Assembly: GCA_965195285.1 (NCBI GenBank)
Contig: CBDAFS010000062.1
Span: 128,001-192,000 of the forward strand
DNA: 64,000 nucleotides
Origin: an uncultured Aminicenantes bacterium
GTDB taxonomy: Bacteria > Acidobacteriota > Aminicenantia > UBA2199
Direction: 5' to 3'
Each line of letters opens with the position of its first letter. The stretch's first letter is position 1. Below, one piece after another: positions 37,369-47,784 of the stretch. The notes under the pieces were generated by a model that made no database searches, was not told the origin of the DNA, and saw nothing but the letters and a program-made list of their open reading frames with translations. The position numbers and the translations under genes are program-made.

Positions 37369-39147
37369 TCAGTAATTGGCCAGCTCAAAGGCCATCAAAT
37401 AGGTCAGCCGTGAATATTTCTGAATCAATTTCAGATCCACTTTTTCCATACTATCACTGGGTTCATGGTAGTCCTCAGTGGTAGCGGCAAAACAGAAAAC
37501 CCAGGGGACTCCCATTCCGGCAAAAGGGGCATGGTCTGATCCCCCACCCATGCGTGTTGATTTTCGACAGTAGATGGTCAGGCCCATATGCCGGTTACTG
37601 GCTTCAATGGCCTGGTTAAGTAGCATTGAATTAGCATCCATGACCAGGCTGATAAAGTTGTCCAAATTGATTTTTCCCAGAACCGATTCCGGGATTCCCA
37701 GTCTCCACATTTTATTTATTCTTTTGAGATTGCTTAGGGTCCAGGTGTGGCTGATCATATCCAGGTTCAGGCAGGCAACGGTTTTTTTCATGGAAAAGTA
37801 AGGATTCTGGACATAATAACGCGATCCTAACAATCCGGATTCCTCCCCGGTCCAGAGTGCAAATAATACGGATCTCCGGGGCTTTATTTTATTTCTTGAA
37901 AAGGCCTCTGCAATCTCCATGACTGCCACCGAACCGGAACCATTGTCATCGGCTCCATTAAAAATGTAATCTCCCTTCCGGCCCAGGTGATCCAGGTGGG
38001 CACCTATCACCACCACTTCATTCTTCAGTACAGGGTCAGAACCTTTAATAAAACCCAGAACATTGCGGCTTCTGACCAGGCGGATTTCTGCCCGATTTTC
38101 CAGTTTGACCGAAACCCCGACCAATTCTTGGGATTGAGGTATTAAGTGTTTTTCCATTCTGACTTTAACCTGATCCAGCTTCAATTTGCCAAATTCCAGG
38201 ATAGCCTCTGCCATTTCCTGTGAAATTCGCACATAGGGCAGGGTCTCCCAGGGCATGGGGGTTGAAGACTGAATCAGGGAAAGTCGCTTACGGGTCCGTG
38301 AAAAAATTGGTTTTTCATCATCTTTTTTTCGGGAATCGATCACCTTTTTGGCCACATCACCGTTCTTCCGGGGGGAATTCTCCACCAGCAAAACAGCCAG
38401 GGCCCCTTTCTCCTTGGCCAGGGAAACCTTGGGTGACAACCGGTGCATTCGCCTCCTGGGCATGTATTTTTCCTTGTATTCAGCCTGATTGAACGGAGAA
38501 TTCGAATCATTCACCCCGGGCATTTCGGTAAACATCATCACAATTTTCCCCCTGACATCGATGCCCCGGTATTCATCATACTTCAGTTTCTTTTCACTGA
38601 TACCATACCCCACGAATACCACGGGGGCAGACAGGCTCCGGTTGTCCCTGGCATAATAGGAGTAATCAACATCAGGCTGGAAAGTTCTGGTCTGGATTAC
38701 GGACCCATCGGAATATCCGACCATCAATTGACTTGTGCTTTTTATAATTTCTTTCATCTGGATTTCCTGAAAATAACTTCTGCCCGGTTTGGGATTTCCA
38801 GCGCCGGAAAAAGAAACAGAAAGTCGATTGGCTGACACCGGATCCCCAGCCGGTTTGATACCCCAGAGCCTGAAAAAGGTGGCTGCAAATTCTGCTGCAA
38901 TATCAAAACTGGCAGTGGCGGTTTCTCTGCCCTGTAAAAGATCCGAAGCCAGAAACCTCAGATATGCCGCTGCCTCATCCAACCGAATGGAATTAAAACC
39001 CTCAAGCCGGTCATTGGGTACCGGCAATGGTTTTTCTATCACACAGAAATCCTGCCACATATCGGTTTTCTCCTTTTGCTGCTTTTCAATCGCGGGAATC
39101 CTCCCACTCAAGACCAAAATCAGGATAATCATCAACATTTTTTTCAT
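37369..39147 (-). CDS. M28 family aminopeptidase with PA domain
   Basis: AHLDH, GADDNGSG, GEE.GLLGS, NLDM, SDH and YH; signal peptide from ATG 39147. Confidence 0.9.
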   Translation of the reverse strand: MKKMLMIILILVLSGRIPAIEKQQKEKTDMWQDFCVIEKPLPVPNDRLEGFNSIRLDEAAAYLRFLASDLLQGRETATASFDIAAEFAATFFRLWGIKPAGDPVSANRLSVSFSGAGNPKPGRSYFQEIQMKEIIKSTSQLMVGYSDGSVIQTRTFQPDVDYSYYARDNRSLSAPVVFVGYGISEKKLKYDEYRGIDVRGKIVMMFTEMPGVNDSNSPFNQAEYKEKYMPRRRMHRLSPKVSLAKEKGALAVLLVENSPRKNGDVAKKVIDSRKKDDEKPIFSRTRKRLSLIQSSTPMPWETLPYVRISQEMAEAILEFGKLKLDQVKVRMEKHLIPQSQELVGVSVKLENRAEIRLVRSRNVLGFIKGSDPVLKNEVVVIGAHLDHLGRKGDYIFNGADDNGSGSVAVMEIAEAFSRNKIKPRRSVLFALWTGEESGLLGSRYYVQNPYFSMKKTVACLNLDMISHTWTLSNLKRINKMWRLGIPESVLGKINLDNFISLVMDANSMLLNQAIEASNRHMGLTIYCRKSTRMGGGSDHAPFAGMGVPWVFCFAATTEDYHEPSDSMEKVDLKLIQKYSRLTYLMAFELANY

Positions 39148-39235
39148 TAACTGCCTCCAGATATGATTATACCTCAACCATCAAAATCTGCCAACAGGTC
39201 GATACCGATCACCACTGCCAAAAAAAACAAATGAT

Positions 39236-39264
39236 TTGACTTAAGACCCCATATCGATTATACT
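39236..39264 (+). promoter_or_regulatory. sigma70 promoter for the 39312 operon
   Basis: TTGACT-N17-TATACT. Confidence 0.6.
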
Positions 39265-39311
39265 CATAATTTACGATCAAAAGTTCTTATTTGCCATAAC
39301 AGGAGGAAAAC

Positions 39312-40625
39312 ATGCGTAACGCCTTGATAATGGGTGCAGCCGGACGTGACTTTCATAATTTTAACACCTATTTCAGGAAAAACACAGAAATTAAGGTTGT
39401 CGCCTTTACAGCGACTCAAATTCCCAATATTGAAGGAAGAAAATATCCAAAAGAGCTGGCCGGGGAATTATATCCAGAGGGTATTGATATTTATCCGGAA
39501 TCTGAATTGTTTGAATTGATTGAGAAATTTGATATTCAGGACGTTTATTTCTCCTACAGTGATGTTCCCTATTCCTATATTATGAATAAAGCGGCAGATG
39601 TGAATAAAGGCAGAACCAATTTTATTTTGTTGGGGTCTGAGGAAACCATGATAAAAAGTATCAAGCCGGTGGTTTCTGTTTGTGCAGTCAGAACCGGATG
39701 CGGAAAAAGCCAGACCACCCGAAAGGTTGGAGCCATACTGCAGGAAATGGGATACCGGGTGGCCGCTATCAGGCACCCCATGCCTTATGGAGATCTGGTC
39801 AAGCAAAAAGTTCAAAAATTCGAAACCGTTGCAGATCTGAAAAAACACAATTGTACCATCGAAGAAATGGAAGAATACGAGCCCCATATTGAAAAAGGCA
39901 TCATTGTTTTTGCCGGGGTTGACTACGAAGCAATACTCAGAGAGGCCGAACAGGTCGCTGATATTATCCTCTGGGATGGCGGGAATAATGATTTCCCCTT
40001 TTATAAACCCGACCTGGAAATCGTGGTGGTTGATCCCCATCGACCGGGACATGAGCTGTCTTATTATCCGGGCGAAGTGAATTTCAAGCGGGCAGATATC
40101 ATTGTAATCAATAAAATCGACACCGCCGATTTGGATAATATCCTTATCGTCAGAGAAAATATTCGCAATCACAATCCCGAAGCTGTTGTTGTGGATGCAG
40201 CCTCACCGGTATTCGTTAATCAGAGCGAAAAGATCAGAGGAAAAAGAGTGCTGGTCATAGAGGACGGTCCAACCCTCACCCACGGGGAAATGAAATACGG
40301 AGCCGGAGTTATGGCCGCCTATAAATACGGGGCAGCCGAACTGATTGACCCGCGGCCTTTTGCAGTCGGATCCATTGCAGATACTTTTGTAAAATACCCT
40401 GAAATTGGCCCCTTACTTCCGGCCATGGGTTACGGCAGCCAGCAAATGCAAGATCTTGAAGCCACCATTCACAAAGTGGAAGCGGATCTGGTAATCATTG
40501 CCACACCGATTGACCTGGGCCGTATTGTACAGTTCAAGAAACCCACAGTACGGGTTACCTATGAACTGGATGAGATAGGTACCCCGAACTTAACAGAAAT
40601 TCTATATAAAAAATTTAACAAATAA
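39312..40625 (+). CDS. Probable arginine synthetase ArcE (cyclic 2,3-diphosphoglycerate synthetase-like P-loop protein)
   Basis: GAAGRDFHNFN, AVRTGCGKS, RHPMPYG, WDGGNND and EDGPTLTHG; immediately upstream of carbamate kinase. Confidence 0.75.
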   Translation: MRNALIMGAAGRDFHNFNTYFRKNTEIKVVAFTATQIPNIEGRKYPKELAGELYPEGIDIYPESELFELIEKFDIQDVYFSYSDVPYSYIMNKAADVNKGRTNFILLGSEETMIKSIKPVVSVCAVRTGCGKSQTTRKVGAILQEMGYRVAAIRHPMPYGDLVKQKVQKFETVADLKKHNCTIEEMEEYEPHIEKGIIVFAGVDYEAILREAEQVADIILWDGGNNDFPFYKPDLEIVVVDPHRPGHELSYYPGEVNFKRADIIVINKIDTADLDNILIVRENIRNHNPEAVVVDAASPVFVNQSEKIRGKRVLVIEDGPTLTHGEMKYGAGVMAAYKYGAAELIDPRPFAVGSIADTFVKYPEIGPLLPAMGYGSQQMQDLEATIHKVEADLVIIATPIDLGRIVQFKKPTVRVTYELDEIGTPNLTEILYKKFNK

Positions 40626-40680
40626 TCTGAATATTCCCACTAAGAAATTTTTTCTTGGATATTTAATAAGGAGATGGATA

Positions 40681-41628
40681 TTGAAAAACAAACTGGCTTT
40701 AATTGCTTTTGGCGGTAATGTCATGCTTCCTGCTCATAGCAGGGGCAGTGCCAGAGAGCAGTATCAAAATGCCAAAAAAGCAGCCAGACTGATGGTCAAT
40801 ATCATCAACAAGGGATACGAACTCATTATCGTGCACGGAAACGGACCACAGGTGGGTAATATCCTGATTCAGATGGAATCAGCTTCCAATATCATCCCCC
40901 CTTTTCCAATTGATGTTTGTGATGCCATGACCGAAGGCAGCATGGGATACCTGCTGGAAAAAGCCATACTGAATGAACTTAGAAAGCATTCCATTGACAA
41001 AGAGGTGGTCACCATTCTGACCCAGGTCATTGTTTCCAAGGAAGATAAAGCATTTGAAAAAGCCTCGAAACCTGTTGGCCCCTTTTATAATCCCTTCAGA
41101 TCCCAGCAGCTCATCAAAGAGCGAAAGTGGGAAATGCAAGAAGATGCAGGCAGGGGGTTTAGAAGGGTTGTCTCCTCTCCCAAGCCAATTGATATCGTTC
41201 CCAAAAAATCCATTCGAACCATGGTTGAAAACGGTATCGTGGTCATTGCAGCGGGAGGGGGCGGTATCCCCGTCTATATCAATTCGATGGGGTATATTGA
41301 CGGCGTGGAGGCAGTTATTGACAAAGACCATGCCTCTTCCCTTATCGCCAGGGAGGCCGGGGTTGATCTTTTCATCATTCTAACCGGGGTAGACCGGGTA
41401 TTCAGGAATTTCGGAGAAAAAAACCAGGAACCCATTAAAACAATGGATATTCATGAAGCAACCAGAATGCTGGATGCGGGTCAATTCCCCCCTGGCTCAA
41501 TGGGACCCAAAATTCAGGCTGCTATCGATTATATCAAAGGAGGAGGCAAAGAAGTCATCATCACTACCACAGAAAAGTTGAAAGCAGCATTAATTGGCCG
41601 ATCAGGCACCAGAATTGTACAGGCTTAG
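40681..41628 (+). CDS. arcC: Carbamate kinase
   Basis: GGN, HGNGPQVG, RRVV.SP, GGGGIPV, EAVIDKD and GSMGPK; TTG start with AGGAG RBS. Confidence 0.95.
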   Translation: MKNKLALIAFGGNVMLPAHSRGSAREQYQNAKKAARLMVNIINKGYELIIVHGNGPQVGNILIQMESASNIIPPFPIDVCDAMTEGSMGYLLEKAILNELRKHSIDKEVVTILTQVIVSKEDKAFEKASKPVGPFYNPFRSQQLIKERKWEMQEDAGRGFRRVVSSPKPIDIVPKKSIRTMVENGIVVIAAGGGGIPVYINSMGYIDGVEAVIDKDHASSLIAREAGVDLFIILTGVDRVFRNFGEKNQEPIKTMDIHEATRMLDAGQFPPGSMGPKIQAAIDYIKGGGKEVIITTTEKLKAALIGRSGTRIVQA

Positions 41629-41649
41629 GTGCGATGTAAGGAGTATAAT

Positions 41650-43893
41650 GTGGACGTAAATCTAAACATTGAAAAAAAAGATATTGATTTTATCAGAGAT
41701 TTTTTGAAGGGTAAATTAAAACCGGTTGAAATGGATGAGGCTGTCCATAAACTCGCCTTATATAAAACTCGGGACAAAAGAGAAAATATCGTCAAAATAT
41801 ACAATCCCAACTGTGAATACCAGGTAGGTGATCTGATATATAAAGAATATCCGGGTAAAATCCCCATTGGTTCAAAAAAATGCATTGAAATGGACCGAGG
41901 TGTGGTTTTAAAAGTAACCGCGGTATGGAACCGTTTTGGAATTGAGGAGATCAAACTGGGTTATGAAGGGACATCGGATTTCAAAAAGTACACCGATTAT
42001 CTGCAGAGACAAAAAATTGAACTTCTATTACCCCACAAACAGAGCAAACCCTGTGAAAAAGTTGAATGTCTAGAGTCAGAATTGGACCCCAGGAAAACAC
42101 TGGATCCCCTGGTAAAAAAAGACTCCATAGTTCTGAAGAAGAAAGTGCTGACCGCCATTCATAAAGAAAATGACATCTCCCTGATTTGTGAAAAGATGCT
42201 GCTTTCTAAAAACATGATTGATATAAAGCCTGAAGTATTCAACAAGGTAAAAGATTTTTTAAAGGAAAGTAAAAAATCCGAAAGTACGGAATTTTTGGTA
42301 GAACATTTTTTGAATATAAAAACTGCCGACCCGAAATTCGATTCCTATTGCTTCGCCCTGAATTTCCGCATGAAACAGGATTATAAAATCGATTTTCAGC
42401 AAACCACATCAAAGGGCTGGGGGAAATGGAATCTCATCTCAGTCATATATTATCTGAAAAAAAATTCCGTGGTCAGTGAAGAAAATCCATTGGTAGAAAC
42501 GGTATCCTTCGAAAACAAGAAGAACCTGAGCCAGAGAAGAAAAAAATTCGAAGATCATATTTTTGATAATGACAGCAAAAAACACTACCTGACCCAGAGA
42601 GAAATCTATTCAGGGGCATTGAAATTGAAATCCGGTATTTACCACTTCAGAGATTCCATAGAGATAGAGGTGTTGGATTCCCAGACAAAAAAATCCCACC
42701 TCCTTTATTATTACCATGATGTAAATCTGATTCTGGGATTCAAAGAAGTATATGACAGTTACAAAGCAGTCCAGGGAATGAACCTGTCATTTGAGCAAAT
42801 AGGTGAGGATAAATTCCAATTTAATATTCGGACCACCAAAAAGGGAACCATTGCCAACAATATCACCTATTCGCTTGTGAATAAAACCTTTCAGGCAACC
42901 GAAGAAAAAATTGCCTCCCCGGTTTTTGCAAATAAGTCATTGTTTCTGGAATCCGATGTATTCAATACCATAGAATTGAAGATAGATGAGTACAAAAATA
43001 TCGCAACTTTGAATAAATTGATCCATAAAATATTCCTTGACTTCGGCCACAAGGAAAAAAATTATGAAATTCACATTCTCAGGCTTTACCATATTCTGGA
43101 TTTGATTTATCCCATAAACCTGAAACTTGTCGAAGAGGTTATCCTGAGCAATCCGGAATTCATTCAATCGGAAAAAATCGTGGACATCTTTTATCTGGAT
43201 TCAGATGCGGTTATTGAAATCGAAGAGGAGGAGCACCAGAGACGTGAGATTTTAATTGAAGAAGCTCAGAAAAAACGCGAATCGATCAGACAAGATAAAA
43301 TGAAAGAAGATCAGCAAGTCCAGGAAGAAATCAGACTGAAGCGAGAAGAACACCGGCAGAAGAGAGAAGGTGAAATGTGGATGAAGGAAAAACTGAAGGA
43401 AGAGAAGGAGAAGATAAAAGCACGAGAAATCCGGGATAAAACGAAACCAAAAAGCAAGGGAACTCAGAGAAAACCGGAAAGCGAATACCATCGCGACGAT
43501 ATAAGGAAAAAATCCCCAGCCGCCTTCAGACCCAAGGCAGCCCCGACTGATCATTTATCGGATCTGGATTCGGAAAAAAAACCCAGCGGGAAAAAGGGTT
43601 ATTCTAAAAAATACAAGAAAAAGATCGATATTGAAAAGCCACTCCTATCCAAAAAGAAAATTGATAAAAAATCCAAAGATGACCAGATGGATATTGATGA
43701 GATCAAAAGTGAAATCAAGCTGGAAGAATTGAAGGAAAAAGTTCTGGACAAAAAGGATACCAAGAAAAAGAGAAAAAAGGAAAAAGAAATTGCCTATAAA
43801 GACAATGGTGGCTTTGAGGGAATCCTGGCTTCAAAACTGGATAAGATTGTTCAGAAAGAGAAAAAAACAAAAACCAAGAAAAAATCCAAATGA
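41650..43893 (+). CDS. Large hypothetical protein with Lys/Glu-rich C-terminal coiled coil or disordered tail
   Basis: Long ORF; GTG 41650 follows AAGGAG; ATGA overlap with nnr. Confidence 0.75.
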   Translation: MDVNLNIEKKDIDFIRDFLKGKLKPVEMDEAVHKLALYKTRDKRENIVKIYNPNCEYQVGDLIYKEYPGKIPIGSKKCIEMDRGVVLKVTAVWNRFGIEEIKLGYEGTSDFKKYTDYLQRQKIELLLPHKQSKPCEKVECLESELDPRKTLDPLVKKDSIVLKKKVLTAIHKENDISLICEKMLLSKNMIDIKPEVFNKVKDFLKESKKSESTEFLVEHFLNIKTADPKFDSYCFALNFRMKQDYKIDFQQTTSKGWGKWNLISVIYYLKKNSVVSEENPLVETVSFENKKNLSQRRKKFEDHIFDNDSKKHYLTQREIYSGALKLKSGIYHFRDSIEIEVLDSQTKKSHLLYYYHDVNLILGFKEVYDSYKAVQGMNLSFEQIGEDKFQFNIRTTKKGTIANNITYSLVNKTFQATEEKIASPVFANKSLFLESDVFNTIELKIDEYKNIATLNKLIHKIFLDFGHKEKNYEIHILRLYHILDLIYPINLKLVEEVILSNPEFIQSEKIVDIFYLDSDAVIEIEEEEHQRREILIEEAQKKRESIRQDKMKEDQQVQEEIRLKREEHRQKREGEMWMKEKLKEEKEKIKAREIRDKTKPKSKGTQRKPESEYHRDDIRKKSPAAFRPKAAPTDHLSDLDSEKKPSGKKGYSKKYKKKIDIEKPLLSKKKIDKKSKDDQMDIDEIKSEIKLEELKEKVLDKKDTKKKRKKEKEIAYKDNGGFEGILASKLDKIVQKEKKTKTKKKSK

Positions 43894-45455
43894 AGATATT
43901 ATATGCCGAATGGATGAAGGAGCTGGATACCCGGGCCATCCATGAGATTGGAATACCATCAATCGTTTTAATGGAAAATGCCTCACAAGCAGCCGCTCGG
44001 GTAATTGCCAGAACCTTTCCCCAACCTGAATATAAAAATGCCCTTATCATTGTCGGTAAGGGAAACAACGGGGGGGATGGGATTGCCTGCGGGCGAATAC
44101 TATGGCAAAAGGGCTATGGAGTGGAGTTTATTCTGCTTTCCGCTCCCGGTCAATTGAATCCAGATCCAAAAACTAATTTTCAGATCATCAAAAATTTAAA
44201 CCTCACATTTCGGATACTGAAAACAGATGATGATCTCCGAAAACGGCTTGAACAGTACAACCCGCAAGATACATTTATTATCGATTCCATTTTCGGAACC
44301 GGTATCAATCAACCAATTAACGATGATTTTTATTCCCCGCTGATCCGCCTGGTCAATGAATCCGGATTCAAAACCGTTTCAATTGATGTTCCTTCCGGTC
44401 TGTCAGAGAATTTTCTTCCCGATCAGAGTGATCATATTCGGGCCGCTCATACGATAACCTTCCTGTGCCCCAAAATATCCCATTTCTATCCGGATGGGAA
44501 CAAGTACTGCGGCAATCTGGAGATTGTGGATATCGGGATTCCCCGTTCCCTACTGGAAAATGAAAAATATTATATCCAATTGATTCAACCAGAAGATTTC
44601 AAGGCATTACTCAAAACCAGAGAAATTGATTCTCACAAAGGTCATTATGGTCACTGTCTGAACATATCCGGTTCCCTGGAAAAACCCGGTGCCGGTATAT
44701 TGAGCTCCTATGCCATCCTCAGAGCCGGAGCCGGGCTGTGTACCATCGCCACCGATGAGCAAAATCGGACCCTGGCCGTACAGGCCCATCCCGAAATAAT
44801 GACATTGCTGTATAAAAAGTTGGATGACATCATCAAGAGATTGGATGAATTCAACTGTATCCTGATGGGACCCGGCCTGGGAAACACCAAACAAACCTAT
44901 GACATGACCACCCGGTTTATCCAGTATGCCAAGGTTCCCATTATCCTGGACGCTGATTCTATCAACATTTTTCAGATGGGTAAAGATTTTTTAAAAGTCA
45001 AAAGGGACTTCCCGATTATTCTTACCCCTCATCCGGGTGAATTTTCCAGGTTGACCGGAATTTCAATCAAGGAGATCCAGAAAAACAGAATCCGGCTAAG
45101 CCGGGAATTCGCCGCAGACTATAATGTGGTTGTAATATTAAAGGGACACCACACGGTTATCGCCACCCCCCAGGGACGTGTATTCATCAATGAAACCGGC
45201 AATGCCGGAATGGCCAGCGCAGGCAGCGGAGATGTTCTGGCCGGATTGATATCGGGAATGATCGCCCAGTTCTACAACCATCATGACCTGGATACCATAC
45301 TCCAGGCTGCAGTGTTTCTACACGGATTTGCCGCGGACCTGGCAACCAGGCAAACCGGTGAGATAGGATTGACCGCTACGGATATTTTAAATTTCATTCC
45401 CCGGGCATTCATAAACCTCGATGAATTTAAAACTCAATTCCCCTTCTCCGGATAA
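43890..45455 (+). CDS. nnr: Bifunctional NAD(P)H-hydrate epimerase/dehydratase
   Basis: LMENA, GKGNNGGDG, DVPSG, HKG.YG, LTPHPGEF and GSGDVLAG. Confidence 0.93.
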   Translation: MKILYAEWMKELDTRAIHEIGIPSIVLMENASQAAARVIARTFPQPEYKNALIIVGKGNNGGDGIACGRILWQKGYGVEFILLSAPGQLNPDPKTNFQIIKNLNLTFRILKTDDDLRKRLEQYNPQDTFIIDSIFGTGINQPINDDFYSPLIRLVNESGFKTVSIDVPSGLSENFLPDQSDHIRAAHTITFLCPKISHFYPDGNKYCGNLEIVDIGIPRSLLENEKYYIQLIQPEDFKALLKTREIDSHKGHYGHCLNISGSLEKPGAGILSSYAILRAGAGLCTIATDEQNRTLAVQAHPEIMTLLYKKLDDIIKRLDEFNCILMGPGLGNTKQTYDMTTRFIQYAKVPIILDADSINIFQMGKDFLKVKRDFPIILTPHPGEFSRLTGISIKEIQKNRIRLSREFAADYNVVVILKGHHTVIATPQGRVFINETGNAGMASAGSGDVLAGLISGMIAQFYNHHDLDTILQAAVFLHGFAADLATRQTGEIGLTATDILNFIPRAFINLDEFKTQFPFSG

Positions 45456-45918
45456 TACGTTTGATATCGGAAAAAAACTTGGCCTCCAATTAAGGGGAAA
45501 GGAATTGATTCTCCTGATCGGTGAGCTGGGAGCCGGGAAAACCCTGATGACCAAGGGCATTGCCAGCTCTCTGGGGGTCAATCCCAATGAAATCGTCAGC
45601 CCTACCTTCACCCTGATGAATCAGTTTGAATATTCTTCGGAAACCCAAAAGGAGAGAGAGGGATCAATCGCCTATTTTATTCATTTCGATTGTTACCGGT
45701 TTGCCGACCGGGGCAATACCGGGGAAAAACCCCGGGGGCCGGGACTCATTGTTCCGGAGATCGACGAATGGATCGATGAAGCCATTGTGGCAGTAGAGTG
45801 GGCCCAGTATTTGCATCCCAGCTATTTTTCCCTGCCCCGGTCCATCCGGGTATCCATTGAAATCAAAACCCACCAGACTCGCAACATCACCATCGAATCC
45901 GCCCTGGATTACCTTTAA
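45421..45918 (+). CDS. tsaE: tRNA t6A biosynthesis ATPase TsaE
   Basis: GELGAGKT, SPTF, HFDCYR and VEW; follows nnr as usual. Confidence 0.92.
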   Translation: MNLKLNSPSPDNTFDIGKKLGLQLRGKELILLIGELGAGKTLMTKGIASSLGVNPNEIVSPTFTLMNQFEYSSETQKEREGSIAYFIHFDCYRFADRGNTGEKPRGPGLIVPEIDEWIDEAIVAVEWAQYLHPSYFSLPRSIRVSIEIKTHQTRNITIESALDYL

Positions 45919-46550
45919 TAGGTTTCCAGGATTTCACCCCTTGCTTTTCGATTTGTTTTGGATACCGAATAAGCGGCATGGGTTTTAAAAAGCCATTGAT
46001 GCAGTTCTTTCAGGGAGTGAATCTTTTTCTGGGTTTTCAGAAATTGAGCCAGGCTCTTCTTCTCTTTTTCCTGTCTGGCCCGGAGGGCATCCCGGGGAAT
46101 TCCCCTGTCAGGTACCGAATCAAAAAAAAGCTGATAGGCGTGAACGCCAGTATCCAGGCTGAATATCCAGCGGAAAATGGATTCCGTTCTGGGCATGTGA
46201 AAATTTGAAGTGATGACTAATATCCGTTTGAAATTTGCCGGATCCACGTGAATTACCCGGGCAAAGTAGGCATTGCCTATGGTATCGTAGGAACAGGTTT
46301 CGGTGAAAATTCTCCGGGGATCCATTCCCTTGCCGATCAAGTATCGGGAAGCAGCCAGGGATTCAAAAACCGGAAAGCCCTCTTCATTCAAAGGCGGAGG
46401 CCGATGTACGGTACCGGCACTCAGTGCAATGACCGGCTCATTTTTACTAATTTGAACTGCACGGTCGAGTCTCACCTTTGTCCAGGGGGGAACTTCTCCG
46501 CCTGCCCTTACACCCCCGCCCGGAACCAATATCACATCAAATTTTGTCAT
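45915..46550 (-). CDS. YdcF/DUF218 family protein
   Basis: VPGGG, RL..A, E..S.DTIGNA and TSNFHMPR. Confidence 0.85.
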   Translation of the reverse strand: MTKFDVILVPGGGVRAGGEVPPWTKVRLDRAVQISKNEPVIALSAGTVHRPPPLNEEGFPVFESLAASRYLIGKGMDPRRIFTETCSYDTIGNAYFARVIHVDPANFKRILVITSNFHMPRTESIFRWIFSLDTGVHAYQLFFDSVPDRGIPRDALRARQEKEKKSLAQFLKTQKKIHSLKELHQWLFKTHAAYSVSKTNRKARGEILETY

Positions 46551-46748
46551 TTCTACTTTCCCTTTTAATCATTTTACTTTCAGGTTAAAACCTGATCGAT
46601 CCATAAAACCATATGATACCCGATCACCATTATTTTTTCCATTTGAAACATTGACACAATTTCATGATTTCTTTTGATTTTTAAGTAAAAATGGTATACA
46701 ATTCAACAATCATATTTTATTTTATTTAAATTTTAAGGAGCTATTCAC

Positions 46749-47765
46749 ATGAAAAAAATCATTATTATATTAATACTATTACTACTGGTTGTCGCCGTTT
46801 ATGCCAAAAAAATCGCTCAACTGCCCGAGCTGATGAAACCCGATCAGATAGATGTGGGTAAAGACCAGTTGTTTGTGTCCGAAGGGACAACGATTTATAT
46901 CTATTCGCTCAAAGATTTTTCCCTGTTAAAAAAGTTCGGAAAGGCCGGTGAAGGACCGCGGGAATTCAAGGTGAATCCATTTGGGCCACCAATGGTAATT
47001 GCAGTAATAAACGATAAATTCTGGGTGTCCAGCGACACCAAACTGAGTACCTGGACCCTGGATGGTGATTTTATCAAAGAAATAAAGGTCCCTCCCTTTC
47101 AGGTTTTTTTTCCAGCCAAAGACAAATATGTTGCCAGCGGTTCATCCGAGGGAAAGAATGGAAAAACCTATTTGAACATTGGTCTCTACGATCAGAAAAT
47201 GAAAATAATCAAGGAGCTTTATCAATCAGATATGGAAGTCGGCCCGAATTTTTCCTGGAATTTTCCCATGGGTGCTTTCAGCTTCCAGTTTTTCAAAAAT
47301 AATGTTTATCTCGTTGCCACTAAGGAAGGCTTTGTCATTTACATTTTTGATTTGCAGGGTAAAAAAATTCATGAGATAAAAAAGAAATATCAGCTGCTGA
47401 AGGTACCTTCTTCTTACAAAACTGAAATACTGAACTGGTTTCAAACCAATCCCAATTTCAAACAATTTTACGAATTCTTCAAACAGCGACTTTCTTTTCG
47501 AGGCCATTTCCCAGCCATTCAATGGGTGCTGGTGAATGATGACAGAATTTATGTCATGACCTTTAAACAAAAAGATGGGCAAACAGAATGTATAATCCTG
47601 GATTTAAAGGGCAAAGAATTAAAGAGAACATATGTACCGCTGACTGGTATCAGGGGAAATACATTTGATTTCCCGGCTTTCACAATTGTTAATCAAACCT
47701 TCTATACCCTTATTGAAAATGAAGATGAAGAGATCTGGGAACTTCATCGGGTGGACCTGAAATAA
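46749..47765 (+). CDS. Exported beta-propeller-like hypothetical protein
   Basis: Signal peptide; FGKAGEGPREF motif; repeated beta-blade pattern. Confidence 0.7.
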   Translation: MKKIIIILILLLLVVAVYAKKIAQLPELMKPDQIDVGKDQLFVSEGTTIYIYSLKDFSLLKKFGKAGEGPREFKVNPFGPPMVIAVINDKFWVSSDTKLSTWTLDGDFIKEIKVPPFQVFFPAKDKYVASGSSEGKNGKTYLNIGLYDQKMKIIKELYQSDMEVGPNFSWNFPMGAFSFQFFKNNVYLVATKEGFVIYIFDLQGKKIHEIKKKYQLLKVPSSYKTEILNWFQTNPNFKQFYEFFKQRLSFRGHFPAIQWVLVNDDRIYVMTFKQKDGQTECIILDLKGKELKRTYVPLTGIRGNTFDFPAFTIVNQTFYTLIENEDEEIWELHRVDLK

Positions 47766-47784
47766 CCTTGAATTCCCCTCGATG

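Noticed and set aside
39468-40172. 234-aa antisense ORF and the many other short shadow ORFs in the track
   Set aside because: They lie opposite or within well-supported genes and show no recognisable motifs
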